Positions 9,544 to 19,753 of a DNA stretch of 64,000 bases are shown here, piece by piece (the first letter of the stretch is position 1; each line of letters begins with the position of its first letter). The stretch spans positions 4,712-68,711 of the forward strand of contig DAINPM010000003.1 in the NCBI GenBank assembly GCA_036743455.1. The letters are read 5' to 3'. The notes below the pieces were generated by a model that saw only the letters and a program-made list of their open reading frames with translations, did no database searches and was not told the DNA's origin. Made by a program: the position numbers and the translations under genes. The DNA comes from Bacteroidales bacterium. Lineage in GTDB: Bacteria > Bacteroidota > Bacteroidia > Bacteroidales > VadinHA17.

Positions 9544-11517
9544 ATGATAAAAAAATATTCTTATGCAATACTTATGTCTTTTCTGTCATTTATCCTTTCA
9601 GGGCAGGAGGCTGATATTTCAGAAACAATACGGAATATTGCGGAAGAGCTGTCGGCAAACGATACCGATTATGAAAATGCAGCAATTTTTACAGAATACC
9701 TGAATTCCTTATATGAGAATCCTGTCAGAATTAATTCGACAGATAAAAACGAAGTGTCGCGTCTGTTTTTTCTGGATGATTTACAGATCAAAGCCTTAAT
9801 TGATTACACCACAAAAACGGAAGGCCTGGTCTCAATCCATGAATTGGAGGTAATTAAAGGATTCAACAAACATATTACGGGAATGATGAAACCCTTCATA
9901 ACTTTTGAAAATGAATCCCAGGTTACAGGCAATTCACATAAAACAAGAGGTAAATTTATAAGCAATGCCATCATAAAACCCCAAACCAAAGACAATTCGT
10001 ATGCCGGATCACAATGGAAATTATTATCGAAGTACAGTATTTCTTCCGGAAATATTACAGGTGGGTTTACCTTTGAGAAAGATGCAGGTGAAAAACTCAT
10101 TAATGGCACACCTCCCCTCCCTGATTTTGCTTCCGCATATATACAATATTCAGGGAAACAAATAATAAGAAAATTCATTGCAGGTGATTTTGGTGTAAGA
10201 TTCGGACTGGGTACAAACGTAAACACATCTTTTCGTACAGGCTTTTTAGCTAATGCAACAACTTATATGCCAGCCAGGAATGAGATAAAACCATATACAT
10301 CATCTGATGAAAATAATTTTTTCCGGGGTGTCGCGGCAGAATTTGCACTCAGGGATATTGGTTTAACTCTTTTCTGCTCTCATCACCCTGTAGATGCTAC
10401 AATTGAATGGTCAAAAGATTCCTCTGAATTGTTTATAAGTAATTTTTATAAAAGCGGTCTTCATAACACTGCATCTCTTTTGGCAAAAAAAGATGCAGTA
10501 CAAGAAACAGTTACAGGCATAGACATATCATATAACCTTGACAACCATCGCATTGGCATAGGCTGGTCATACGACAGACTGGCTTTGCCGTTTGGCTCCA
10601 CAAATGATTCTCCTGAATACCTCTTCAGGTTAAATAATAGAATGAATAGTATTTTTTCCCTTTCATACAACAGCCTGCTTAAACAAATTCTCCTGTATGG
10701 CGAGATATCTGCAAATGACCTCAACAATGCAGCTGTTACGCAGGGAATAACTATCAGACCATCTGACAGGCTTAACATGAATTTTTTATTCCGGCATTAT
10801 TCTCCTGGCTTTACAGCATTCCATAATAATGGTCCTGGTAGAAATCCTTCTGCTGCCAATGAAAAGGGGATGACAGCCAATTTTACTTTTGAAGCTGCAA
10901 AATATCTTTTTATAAGTGCCGCCTGTGATTTCAGCATCTTCCCCTGGTTGAAATACAGGAGTGATTTTCCTTCAATGGCAAAAAGATATGAAATACGAAT
11001 GAAATATTCTCCGGATGAGAGTCTGAATATCGACATTTCTTATCTGATGAACAGTGTCGAGAAAAATGAATCCGGTGCAACCGGGATAGCCGGTATTGAA
11101 AAAAATGTCAGCAGAACAGTTAAAATACAGGCTAAATTTAGCCCTTACAACAATTTAACACTAGCATCACGATTAGACTACAAGTATGTCAATCCATCCT
11201 TTAGTCAGGGAACACTTTTTCTTCAGGATATCATATATAATACAGGGAGAGGACGTTTTGCCCTATGGTTCAGATATTGTCTTTTTAATACCGACGACTG
11301 GGATTCAAGGCTCTACACTTATGAGAATGATCTGCTGCATAGTTTCAGTATTCCTGCTCTCTCGGGGAAAGGAAGCAGAACTTATCTGATGATCAGATGG
11401 GCACTATGGAAAAACTCTGAATTCAGAGTAAAATACGGACTAAGCTCGCTTTCCTTGTCGGATTACAGTAATAATGTAAAAAGTGAATTAAAGATTCAAT
11501 TCAGGCTATGGCACTGA
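9544..11517 (+). CDS. Helix-hairpin-helix domain plus large beta-barrel outer-membrane protein
   Basis: 657 aa with a signal peptide. N-terminal ComEA-like HhH stretches (LFFLDDLQIKALIDY..., SIHELEVIKGFNKHITGMMKPFITF). The long C-terminal part is rich in aromatic-ended beta strands and ends in ELKIQFRLWH. Confidence 0.55.
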   Translation: MIKKYSYAILMSFLSFILSGQEADISETIRNIAEELSANDTDYENAAIFTEYLNSLYENPVRINSTDKNEVSRLFFLDDLQIKALIDYTTKTEGLVSIHELEVIKGFNKHITGMMKPFITFENESQVTGNSHKTRGKFISNAIIKPQTKDNSYAGSQWKLLSKYSISSGNITGGFTFEKDAGEKLINGTPPLPDFASAYIQYSGKQIIRKFIAGDFGVRFGLGTNVNTSFRTGFLANATTYMPARNEIKPYTSSDENNFFRGVAAEFALRDIGLTLFCSHHPVDATIEWSKDSSELFISNFYKSGLHNTASLLAKKDAVQETVTGIDISYNLDNHRIGIGWSYDRLALPFGSTNDSPEYLFRLNNRMNSIFSLSYNSLLKQILLYGEISANDLNNAAVTQGITIRPSDRLNMNFLFRHYSPGFTAFHNNGPGRNPSAANEKGMTANFTFEAAKYLFISAACDFSIFPWLKYRSDFPSMAKRYEIRMKYSPDESLNIDISYLMNSVEKNESGATGIAGIEKNVSRTVKIQAKFSPYNNLTLASRLDYKYVNPSFSQGTLFLQDIIYNTGRGRFALWFRYCLFNTDDWDSRLYTYENDLLHSFSIPALSGKGSRTYLMIRWALWKNSEFRVKYGLSSLSLSDYSNNVKSELKIQFRLWH

Positions 11518-11538
11518 TAACATATTTTCTAATCACTT

Positions 11539-13269
11539 TTATCTCCCGGAATTTTCCTCAGGTATTTTGATATCCCTGATATTCAACTGAAGGTTTCTGT
11601 TGCCACGAAATTCATTCATTTCTATTGAATAACAGACATTAAAAGGATTCCCCCCTTTTATATATTCAAAGTGATCAGCCTGCCCAAATGCTATTGCAGG
11701 AATTTTTTTCACAGTATGTGAATCCTGGCAGAGATCCAGTTTAAGATGTTCTCCGCTGGAACCGACCATACGTCCGGACCCGGTATCATAAACATTATAT
11801 GAGACAAAGACAGGACTCATATTCTCAGGCCCGTACGGTTGGAACTGATTCATTATTCTGAAAAAATCCTCGTCTATTTCTGAGAAATCGAGCTCCATAT
11901 CAATGAATATCCTTGGGAAGAGTTGATCTTCTGTTATGGTATTGTTCACATAGTGTTCGAATCTTTCAATGAAGGGGCTAATGTTTTCTTTTTTGAGAGT
12001 CAGTCCGGCAGCAAACATATGTCCGCCAAAACTTTCCAGCAGATCGCTACAGGATTCTATTGCCTGATAGAGGTCATAACCCTGTACTGATCGGGCTGAT
12101 CCGGTTGCAAAGCCGTTTGATTCGGTTAATATGACTGTGGGTCTGTAATAAGTTTCAATAAGTCTTGAAGCGACGATCCCGATAACACCTTTTTTCCATT
12201 GTGGATTATAAAGAACCGTTGTTCGGGAATTGACTGAGCGGTTATTTTCCGAAATCATTCTCATTGCTTCGGTAGTTATCGATCTGTCGATAGACCTTCT
12301 TTCGATATTGAAGGTATTTATTTCCTTACTTATTTCTGTAGCCTGTCTGGGATTATCAGAAATAAGTAATTCAACAGCCTTACTGCCTGTCTCCATCCTT
12401 CCTGCTGCATTTATCCTCGGACCTATTTTGAAGACAACATCTTCGATTGTTAATAATCTGCAGATTTCAGCTTCACGAAGTATCTCCTTTAATCCCATCC
12501 GTGGAGATTCATTCAGCTGTTTTAGTCCGAAATATGCAAGGACCCTGTTTTCTCCGGTCACCGGCACAATATCGGAAGCAATACTTACTGCTACAAGATC
12601 AAGGTAATGGGCAATATCACTGAAAGGTATTCCCTGTATTCTTGAATAGGCATGAACAAGTTTAAAACCTACGCCACATCCTGACAACTCTTTATAGGGA
12701 TAGCTGCATGAAGGTTGTTTAGGATCGAGGACAGCTACAGCCTCAGGTATTTCTTCTCCCGGATAATGATGATCACAGATAATCACATCAATACCCTTTG
12801 ATCTGGCATATAGTACTTTTTCCACGGCCTTTATTCCACAGTCAAGTGTAATAATAAGCCTGCAATTATTCTTTGATGCAAAATCAATACCCTGTGTAGA
12901 AACTCCGTAGCCCTCACTGTATCTGTCTGGAATATAATAATCTACATTTGCCTTCTCACTTTTCAAAAAAGAATAAATAAGGGCTACGGCTGTAGTGCCA
13001 TCAACATCGTAATCACCATAGACCAGTATTCTTTCATTCTTTTTTATTGCTGTTGATAAGCGGTCGACGGCAAGATTCATATCCTTCATCAGAAAAGGGT
13101 CATGCAGGTTGTCAATACTTGGATTGAAGAAGGAGTCGGCCTCTCCGGGACAGGTAATACCACGCTGAACCATCAGATTAGCCAGTGAATCAGATACTCC
13201 CAGGGCCTCCGACAATTGCTTTACCACAGCTACATCCCCTCTTTCTTTGATGACCCATTTTTTATCCAT
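11539..13269 (-). CDS. recJ: Single-stranded-DNA-specific exonuclease RecJ
   Basis: 576 aa. DHH motifs (YGDYDVDGTT, ITLDCG, ICDHHYP) and the DHHA1 motif GGHMFAAG. Confidence 0.93.
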   Translation of the reverse strand: MDKKWVIKERGDVAVVKQLSEALGVSDSLANLMVQRGITCPGEADSFFNPSIDNLHDPFLMKDMNLAVDRLSTAIKKNERILVYGDYDVDGTTAVALIYSFLKSEKANVDYYIPDRYSEGYGVSTQGIDFASKNNCRLIITLDCGIKAVEKVLYARSKGIDVIICDHHYPGEEIPEAVAVLDPKQPSCSYPYKELSGCGVGFKLVHAYSRIQGIPFSDIAHYLDLVAVSIASDIVPVTGENRVLAYFGLKQLNESPRMGLKEILREAEICRLLTIEDVVFKIGPRINAAGRMETGSKAVELLISDNPRQATEISKEINTFNIERRSIDRSITTEAMRMISENNRSVNSRTTVLYNPQWKKGVIGIVASRLIETYYRPTVILTESNGFATGSARSVQGYDLYQAIESCSDLLESFGGHMFAAGLTLKKENISPFIERFEHYVNNTITEDQLFPRIFIDMELDFSEIDEDFFRIMNQFQPYGPENMSPVFVSYNVYDTGSGRMVGSSGEHLKLDLCQDSHTVKKIPAIAFGQADHFEYIKGGNPFNVCYSIEMNEFRGNRNLQLNIRDIKIPEENSGR

Positions 13270-13272
13270 CGT

Positions 13273-13986
13273 TTATATATGTTTTTGCCATATCAGATCA
13301 AACAAATCTCTGATATTCTCCTTTAAAATACTTTTAACGTGTTCAATATCCTGTTCTGTTCCTGTTTCGTTTTCCAGTGAAGTAACACCTTTATCTGTAA
13401 ATCCGCACGGATTGATATAATTAAAATAGTTCAGGTCAGTATTAACATTAAACGCAAAACCGTGCATGGTAATAAACCTGCTGGCTTTGACCCCTATTGC
13501 ACATATCTTTCTTTCTTTCCCTTCAATCCCTGAATTAAGCCATACACCTGTTCTGCCTTCCATCCTTTTCCCTTCCAGACCGTACTCTCTGATCGTTCTT
13601 ATAACTGCTTCCTCAAGTCTGGAAATATATTCTTTTAAACCTATCCTTAATATACCAAGGTCAAAAACAGGATAGCCCACTATCTGTCCCGGACCATGAT
13701 ATGTAATATCGCCACCTCTGTCAGTTCTGTAGAATACTGCATTTTTAGCATTTAATTGAATATTATCAATCAGTAGATTGTCTTCCGAACCGCTTTTGCC
13801 AAGTGTATAAACATGAGGATGTTCAACAAAAATCAATACTCCCGCAATAAGTGGATTCTCACTATCAGAATTATCTTTCCCGGAAATTTTGTTTTCTATA
13901 AGTTTTTTGAATATTTCTGCCTGATAATCCCATGTTTTTTTATAATCACTCAGGCCAATATCTTCAAATTTAACAATATAGCTCAA
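13273..13986 (-). CDS. lipB: Octanoyltransferase LipB
   Basis: 237 aa. Contains RGGDITYHGPGQIVGYP and KICAIGV. Confidence 0.92.
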   Translation of the reverse strand: MSYIVKFEDIGLSDYKKTWDYQAEIFKKLIENKISGKDNSDSENPLIAGVLIFVEHPHVYTLGKSGSEDNLLIDNIQLNAKNAVFYRTDRGGDITYHGPGQIVGYPVFDLGILRIGLKEYISRLEEAVIRTIREYGLEGKRMEGRTGVWLNSGIEGKERKICAIGVKASRFITMHGFAFNVNTDLNYFNYINPCGFTDKGVTSLENETGTEQDIEHVKSILKENIRDLFDLIWQKHI

Positions 13987-14025
13987 TGCACTTCCTCATA
14001 TTAAGCACTTGCAATATAATCAAAA

Positions 14026-14874
14026 TTATCCAGCCTTCACATGTTTTTCTGAATGAAAAGAAGATCTGACTAAAGGGGCACTTTCAACAAATCTGAAACC
14101 TGCTGATAAAGCTGCCCTTTTGTATTCTGCAAATTGTTCGGGTGTTCTGTACTCTGCTACATCCATGTGAGAAGATGACGGTTTCAGATACTGACCTATA
14201 GTTAAGATACTGCATCCCGTCCGGGAAAGATCACTTATGGTTTCGTAAATCTCATCTTCATGTTCGCCAAGACCTACCATAAAACCCGATTTTGCAACAA
14301 CATTATTCATTGCTATGTATTTAATAACATCAAGGCTTGTATCATATTTTGCCTTTGATCGTATGTGAGGTGTTAATCTCCTTACTGTTTCAACGTTATG
14401 TGATATGATGTCAGGACCTGAGTCTATTACTTTTCTAATTTCGTCATGTCTTCCGTCAAAATCAGGAATAAGACTTTCAATAGTAACAGAAGGATTTATC
14501 TTTTTAATCATCCTGATAGTCTGAGCCCAGAATGATGCTCCCCCGTCGGGCAAATCATCACGGTCAACAGAGGTTATAACACAATGTTTCAGCCCAAGCA
14601 GCTTAATTGTTTCTGCAAGGCGTTCTGGTTCATCAGGGTCAGGTGGAAAAGGTTTTCCTGTCATGGTATTACAGAATTTACATGCTCTGGTACAGATATT
14701 GCCAAGTATCATAAATGTAGCAGTGCCAGCATTCCAGCATTCTCCCTTATTAGGACAGTTTCCGCTTGTGCAAATTGTATGGAGCCTGTTCTGCTCAATC
14801 AACCTCTTTAACCTAGAATAATCAGCTCCGCTCGCTCTTTGCATCTTAAACCATTTTGGTAATCTTTCTGCCAT
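14026..14874 (-). CDS. lipA: Lipoyl synthase
   Basis: 282 aa. Radical-SAM cluster CTRACKFC plus the auxiliary N-terminal cysteine cluster (CTSGNCPNKGECW). Confidence 0.95.
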   Translation of the reverse strand: MAERLPKWFKMQRASGADYSRLKRLIEQNRLHTICTSGNCPNKGECWNAGTATFMILGNICTRACKFCNTMTGKPFPPDPDEPERLAETIKLLGLKHCVITSVDRDDLPDGGASFWAQTIRMIKKINPSVTIESLIPDFDGRHDEIRKVIDSGPDIISHNVETVRRLTPHIRSKAKYDTSLDVIKYIAMNNVVAKSGFMVGLGEHEDEIYETISDLSRTGCSILTIGQYLKPSSSHMDVAEYRTPEQFAEYKRAALSAGFRFVESAPLVRSSFHSEKHVKAG

Positions 14875-15084
14875 TAATGTAGTGTTATTAATACTGCCGC
14901 AAGGTACAAAAACTAAATATTACATGTAATCATAAACTCTTAGCGGCTTACTGTGATAAAACATTATATTTGAAAAAGAGTTGAACAAAAATTTTAATGA
15001 TTAAGTGTATAATCACATATCACCTGACGAGGTCTGTCACTTTAAAAGACCAATCTTCTGCACTTTCCGACAAGTGAATTTTCC

Positions 15085-15092
15085 TATATTTG
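15085..15092 (+). promoter_or_regulatory. Bacteroidota-type -7 promoter box (TAnnTTTG) for lysS
   Basis: TATATTTG lies 19 nt upstream of the lysS ATG. Confidence 0.45.
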
Positions 15093-15111
15093 CACAAATT
15101 TTTAAGAAATC

Positions 15112-16839
15112 ATGAGTGACGTATCATTGAGTGAACAGGAACAGATAAGAAGGCAATCCCTTGAGGAACTCAGGAAGCTGGGAATAGATCCTTACCCGGC
15201 AGCTGAATATAAGACCAATGCTTTTGCACAGGACATACTAGACAATTTTATCCCTGAAAAAAACAACTATCCGGATGTCTGCCTTGCTGGCAGAATAATG
15301 GGAAGACGTATTATGGGTAATGCTTCCTTTGCCGAGCTAATGGATTCTTCGGGAAGGATACAGATTTATGTCCGCAGGGATGAAATCTGCCCGGGAGAAG
15401 ACAAGACGATGTATAATACTGTCTTTAAGCGTCTGCTGGACATAGGCGATATCATCGGAGTAAAAGGGTTTGTTTTCAGGACTAAGATGGGAGAGACGAC
15501 AATTCATGTGAAAGAATTTACAATTCTCTCCAAGTCTGTCAGACCTCTGCCTGTCGTCAAAGAGAAAGATGGTACTTATTTTGATGCCGTCAGGGATCCT
15601 GAAATGCGTTACCGTCAGAGATATATCGATCTTATCGTCAATCCCCATGTCAGGGATGTCTTCAGAAAACGATCACTTATCATCCAATCCATGAGGGAAT
15701 TCTTTAACTCAAAAGGATATCTTGAAGTTGAAACTCCTATACTTCAGCCCATACCCGGAGGAGCTGCAGCAAGACCTTTTATCACCCATCATAATACTCT
15801 TGATATTCCACTTTATCTGAGAATTGCCGACGAATTATATCTCAAACGTCTTATAGTAGGCGGTTTCGAAGGTGTTTATGAGTTCGCCAAGGACTTCAGA
15901 AACGAGGGTATGGACAGAACACATAACCCGGAATTCACAGTTATGGAGATATATATAGCATATAAGGACTATCAGTGGATGATGGAATTTACTGAAGAAA
16001 TAATCAAAAAAGTAGCCCTTGATCTTCACGGAAAAACAGAGATTCTTTATGAAGGTAAAACAATTAACCTTAATCCTCCGTATAAGAGGATTACTATGCT
16101 GGATGCAATAAAAGAATATACAGGACTGGACATTTCATCCATGAACGAAAATGAGCTCAGGAGTGCCTGTGACAGGCTCGGGATTCAACATACCCCGTCA
16201 ATGGGAAAAGGAAAACTGATAGATAATATTTTCGGAGAGAAATGCCAGGATCACTTTATTCAGCCTACTTTTATCACAGACTACCCTGTTGAGACTTCAC
16301 CTCTTACCAAGATGCACAGGAGCAAAGAAGGGCTGACAGAAAGATTCGAATTAATGATAAACGGCAAAGAGCTGGCAAATGCATACTCTGAACTCAACGA
16401 TCCTATTGACCAGATGTACCGGTTCAGAGAACAATTAAAGCTATCGGAAAAAGGAGATGATGAAGCCATGGCTATTGATCATGATTTCGTCAGAGCTCTT
16501 GAATATGGAATGCCTCCTGCTTCAGGAATGGGTATAGGAATTGACAGACTAACTATGCTTATGACAGATCAGCCTTCCATACAGGATGTATTACTTTTCC
16601 CGCAAATGAAACCGGAAAATCCTAAACAAGTTAGCGAAAGCAGAAAAGAGGAATTTCTTGAATGCGGAATACCTGAAGAATGGATAGAACATCTTAAAAT
16701 TATGGGATTTAACACCTGTAAAAAACTGAAAGAGGCAAAAGCAGGAAAACTCTTTAACGAGATGTGCGGCTACAATAAAAAAAATAAACTGGGACTTACA
16801 AATCCCAAGCCTGAAGATGTAGAAAAATGGATCGGATGA
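15112..16839 (+). CDS. lysS: Lysine--tRNA ligase (class II, long form with a ~70-aa C-terminal extension)
   Basis: 575 aa. Class II motifs FRNEG and GMGIGIDRL, with an OB anticodon-binding N-domain. Confidence 0.95.
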   Translation: MSDVSLSEQEQIRRQSLEELRKLGIDPYPAAEYKTNAFAQDILDNFIPEKNNYPDVCLAGRIMGRRIMGNASFAELMDSSGRIQIYVRRDEICPGEDKTMYNTVFKRLLDIGDIIGVKGFVFRTKMGETTIHVKEFTILSKSVRPLPVVKEKDGTYFDAVRDPEMRYRQRYIDLIVNPHVRDVFRKRSLIIQSMREFFNSKGYLEVETPILQPIPGGAAARPFITHHNTLDIPLYLRIADELYLKRLIVGGFEGVYEFAKDFRNEGMDRTHNPEFTVMEIYIAYKDYQWMMEFTEEIIKKVALDLHGKTEILYEGKTINLNPPYKRITMLDAIKEYTGLDISSMNENELRSACDRLGIQHTPSMGKGKLIDNIFGEKCQDHFIQPTFITDYPVETSPLTKMHRSKEGLTERFELMINGKELANAYSELNDPIDQMYRFREQLKLSEKGDDEAMAIDHDFVRALEYGMPPASGMGIGIDRLTMLMTDQPSIQDVLLFPQMKPENPKQVSESRKEEFLECGIPEEWIEHLKIMGFNTCKKLKEAKAGKLFNEMCGYNKKNKLGLTNPKPEDVEKWIG

Positions 16840-16946
16840 GTGTTCCCGTAAAAAAATTCAAAATGAAGTATAAGCTTCAATTAAATATAATGAATAACAA
16901 AACAACTATTGTTTTTATCTGCTTTAACTATTTATAAATTACTAAC

Positions 16947-17903
16947 ATGTTATACATCAGAAAGTGTGTCCTTATTCTAGGTTTATTTCTGCCTTTCTTA
17001 GCTACCTACGGTCAGGAAACACCTTTTCATCCGGTATCATACAGGATCTTCACTACTTTCATTTTTAATCCGGCCGTTGCCGGAAGCAAGGACTTCACTT
17101 CCATTGATCTTAATGCCTCTCTGCAAAACAACTCATACTCACAAATTCTCAGCACAAATACAAGGCTTTGGAACAAAGGACCAGGATATTCATTGTCCCC
17201 TAAACTAAGACAATACAGCAATATAGGCATAGGTGGCGCCCTTTTTAACGATCAGATCGGACAAAACAGAAATCTCGGAGGAAGTATCGCAGGGGCATAT
17301 CATTTTCCTGTAAATAAAAAAGAATTATCATTCCTTTCAGCAGGTATTGCTGTCAAAGGAATATACAGCCATGTACCCGGAGATGAATTGTTTGAACTGC
17401 CTGAAGAAAACCTTCTGTCATTCAATGCCGATGCAGGTATTTATTACTATGATCCCAATTTCTATATCGGTTTCTCCATCACAAACATATTAGGGAACCC
17501 GCATAAGAATGACTCTCTCAGCCTGTATGCACACGCTATAGACAGACAGTATTTTTTTCACACCGGGTATAAATTTGTACTTAGCAGAGCCCTGGATATA
17601 GTGCTTGAACCTTCACTTATAATTTATTCCGGCGATACAATATCAACTGATATAAACGAGATAACTGATATGATAAAACCGGGTCTGAGGCTCTATATGG
17701 GGAAATTCTGTGTGGGAACATATTTCCATGACTTCGACAAAATCCCTTTTTTCTTCCAGTACAAATATCCAAAATTTTATGTTGGGACATTCTTCCAGAT
17801 ACCAAGGAATATACCCTTCTATAAAAAAGAGCTGACAGCTGAAATAGGAATTGGAATAAATCTTGGTAATAACAGGTTTGCCAACAGAACAAGCCACTGG
17901 TAA
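16947..17903 (+). CDS. PorP/SprF-family type IX secretion system membrane protein
   Basis: 318 aa. A signal peptide is followed by the family-typical N-terminus (GQETPFHPVSYRIFTTFIFNPAVAGS). The rest has beta-barrel character. Confidence 0.7.
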   Translation: MLYIRKCVLILGLFLPFLATYGQETPFHPVSYRIFTTFIFNPAVAGSKDFTSIDLNASLQNNSYSQILSTNTRLWNKGPGYSLSPKLRQYSNIGIGGALFNDQIGQNRNLGGSIAGAYHFPVNKKELSFLSAGIAVKGIYSHVPGDELFELPEENLLSFNADAGIYYYDPNFYIGFSITNILGNPHKNDSLSLYAHAIDRQYFFHTGYKFVLSRALDIVLEPSLIIYSGDTISTDINEITDMIKPGLRLYMGKFCVGTYFHDFDKIPFFFQYKYPKFYVGTFFQIPRNIPFYKKELTAEIGIGINLGNNRFANRTSHW

Positions 17904-17923
17904 AAATTATCTCATCTAAAGAT

Positions 17924-19624
17924 ATGATAAGATTGTTTGTGTCAGTATTATTTTCGCTTTTATTGAGTTTGTTCTCATACTCTTATCCTTCTTCATTTAA
18001 TAACCTGTCATCAGAAACTCAGATAAATAATAGCGACAGCGGGCAGGATACCCTTACCTCCGGTTTGTCTGTCAAAGTCGATTCCTTCAACCTTAACATT
18101 GTTCCGCCTTCCTCAGGAATCCAGTTCTATAAGGAAGGAATAATTTTTCTTTCCGGCTCAGAAATGCAGTCCAGAATGATCCCTGTACATATCTCCTTCG
18201 GGACTATTCAGGCCTATTACTCTGCCATCACAGATACTATGCCATTAAACCCGGTGATATTCCCTGCTTCTCCAGCTTTTACTTATCCCTGCGAGGCTGT
18301 ATCATTTAACAATGACTACAGTTCTATGTATTTCACCAAACGAGGTAAGAAAGATCCTGCTGAAAAAATTTATATGGCAACATATAGCCCTGCCACAGAT
18401 AAAAAAGCTGAAAAATGGACAGAGTCACCTGCACCACTGGATTTTTGCACCGGCAGCTATGCATATAGCCATCCCACAATTTCCGCCGATGAGAGTTTTA
18501 TGATATTTGCATCTGACAAAGATGGGCCTGCAGGCCGGATGGATCTCTTTATAACCCGTAAAACAGATAATAAATGGTCGGCTCCGGAGAATCTTGGTAA
18601 AGTGATAAATACTTCATCAAACGAGCTTTTCCCCTTGCTGGATTCTGCCAACAATCTTTATTTTTCTTCTGAAGGACATCCGGGGTACGGAGGATATGAT
18701 GTATTTGTATGCCCTTTTAACGGACAAGAATGGGAAGAACCTTATAACCTGACCAGTCTCATCAACACTCCTGATGATGAAGTGGCTTTCACACTTAACC
18801 GGAAGGACAACAGGACAGGCTTTGTTACAATAAAAAAAAGAAATAATGATTTGGAAACTCAGTTGTATAAGATAAATTTCCAAAATGAATATGCTCCTGA
18901 TACGATAAAAAACCTTTCTTCAGCAATTCTCGGTATTGCACTTTCGGATATGACTTTCCCTCACAAGGCCCTTGTTGCAGAAGTATTAATACCGGAATCT
19001 GCTAATAAAGAGCCGAAAAATACAGTAACGAAAAAAGATACTGTAAAAATCTCTCAGGCAGTAAACAAAAAAGACATTGCACAGGAGCCACCAAAGGAAG
19101 CAACCGGTTATAAACAGGAAGAAAAAATAAAGGAAGCTGTTACAGTCCAAACAAAAGAAGAAAAAGCCGGCTTTCCTGCGGTAGTAGGAAAGTCTGAGAC
19201 CCTCTTAGCTACAGAGACAAAACCTTCTGAGGTTACTTTATCTGAAACAAAGAAAGAAGAAATCGCCAGTACAGCGCAAAACCCCAAAACCGAGAAAGCT
19301 GTAGCTTCCAAAAAAGCAAGAGTTGATACTGTAAGAGTTGTGTCTTCTGTAAGAAATGAACTCAGGGATATTGTTATTTACCGTGTACAGTTCCTCTCCA
19401 CTGCAAAACAGCAAAATATTAAAGAGATAACTGTGAACGGTCAACGATATGAGACTTACATATATTACTACCTGAAAGAATATCGTTATACAGCAGGAGA
19501 ATTCACGTCTCTGGAACCTGCCAGAGAACTACAGGCCGCTTTAAGAAAATCGGGCTATCCCCAGGCTTTCGTCGCAGCTTTTAAGAACAATGTCAGATCT
19601 CTTGATCTTTCCCTCTTCAGATAA
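17924..19624 (+). CDS. Secreted PD40 (TolB-like beta-propeller) repeat protein with a low-complexity linker and a C-terminal SPOR peptidoglycan-binding domain
   Basis: 566 aa with a signal peptide. PD40-like repeats (MYFTKRGKKD..., MIFASDKDGPAGRMDLFITRK, LYFSSEGHPGYGGYDVFVC). A K/E/T-rich linker spans ~aa 350-470. The C-terminus YRVQFLSTAK...YRYTAGEFTSLEPARELQAALRKSGYPQAFVAAF matches the SPOR pattern. Confidence 0.6.
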   Translation: MIRLFVSVLFSLLLSLFSYSYPSSFNNLSSETQINNSDSGQDTLTSGLSVKVDSFNLNIVPPSSGIQFYKEGIIFLSGSEMQSRMIPVHISFGTIQAYYSAITDTMPLNPVIFPASPAFTYPCEAVSFNNDYSSMYFTKRGKKDPAEKIYMATYSPATDKKAEKWTESPAPLDFCTGSYAYSHPTISADESFMIFASDKDGPAGRMDLFITRKTDNKWSAPENLGKVINTSSNELFPLLDSANNLYFSSEGHPGYGGYDVFVCPFNGQEWEEPYNLTSLINTPDDEVAFTLNRKDNRTGFVTIKKRNNDLETQLYKINFQNEYAPDTIKNLSSAILGIALSDMTFPHKALVAEVLIPESANKEPKNTVTKKDTVKISQAVNKKDIAQEPPKEATGYKQEEKIKEAVTVQTKEEKAGFPAVVGKSETLLATETKPSEVTLSETKKEEIASTAQNPKTEKAVASKKARVDTVRVVSSVRNELRDIVIYRVQFLSTAKQQNIKEITVNGQRYETYIYYYLKEYRYTAGEFTSLEPARELQAALRKSGYPQAFVAAFKNNVRSLDLSLFR

Positions 19625-19753
19625 TTTAAACTGTTCTCAGCATAAAAATGATTTGAATTAATTACAATGTTTTTTATCCTTATTCATGCAACATTTATAA
19701 AATCCTGATGTCTTTATCCTGAAGAAACAGAAATAAATCAAATCAGGAAAGCC

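Noticed and set aside
18950-19330. The K/E/T-rich low-complexity stretch in the PD40/SPOR protein, considered as a possible separate gene or repeat element.
   Set aside because: It is in frame and continuous with both flanking domains. It behaves as an interdomain linker.
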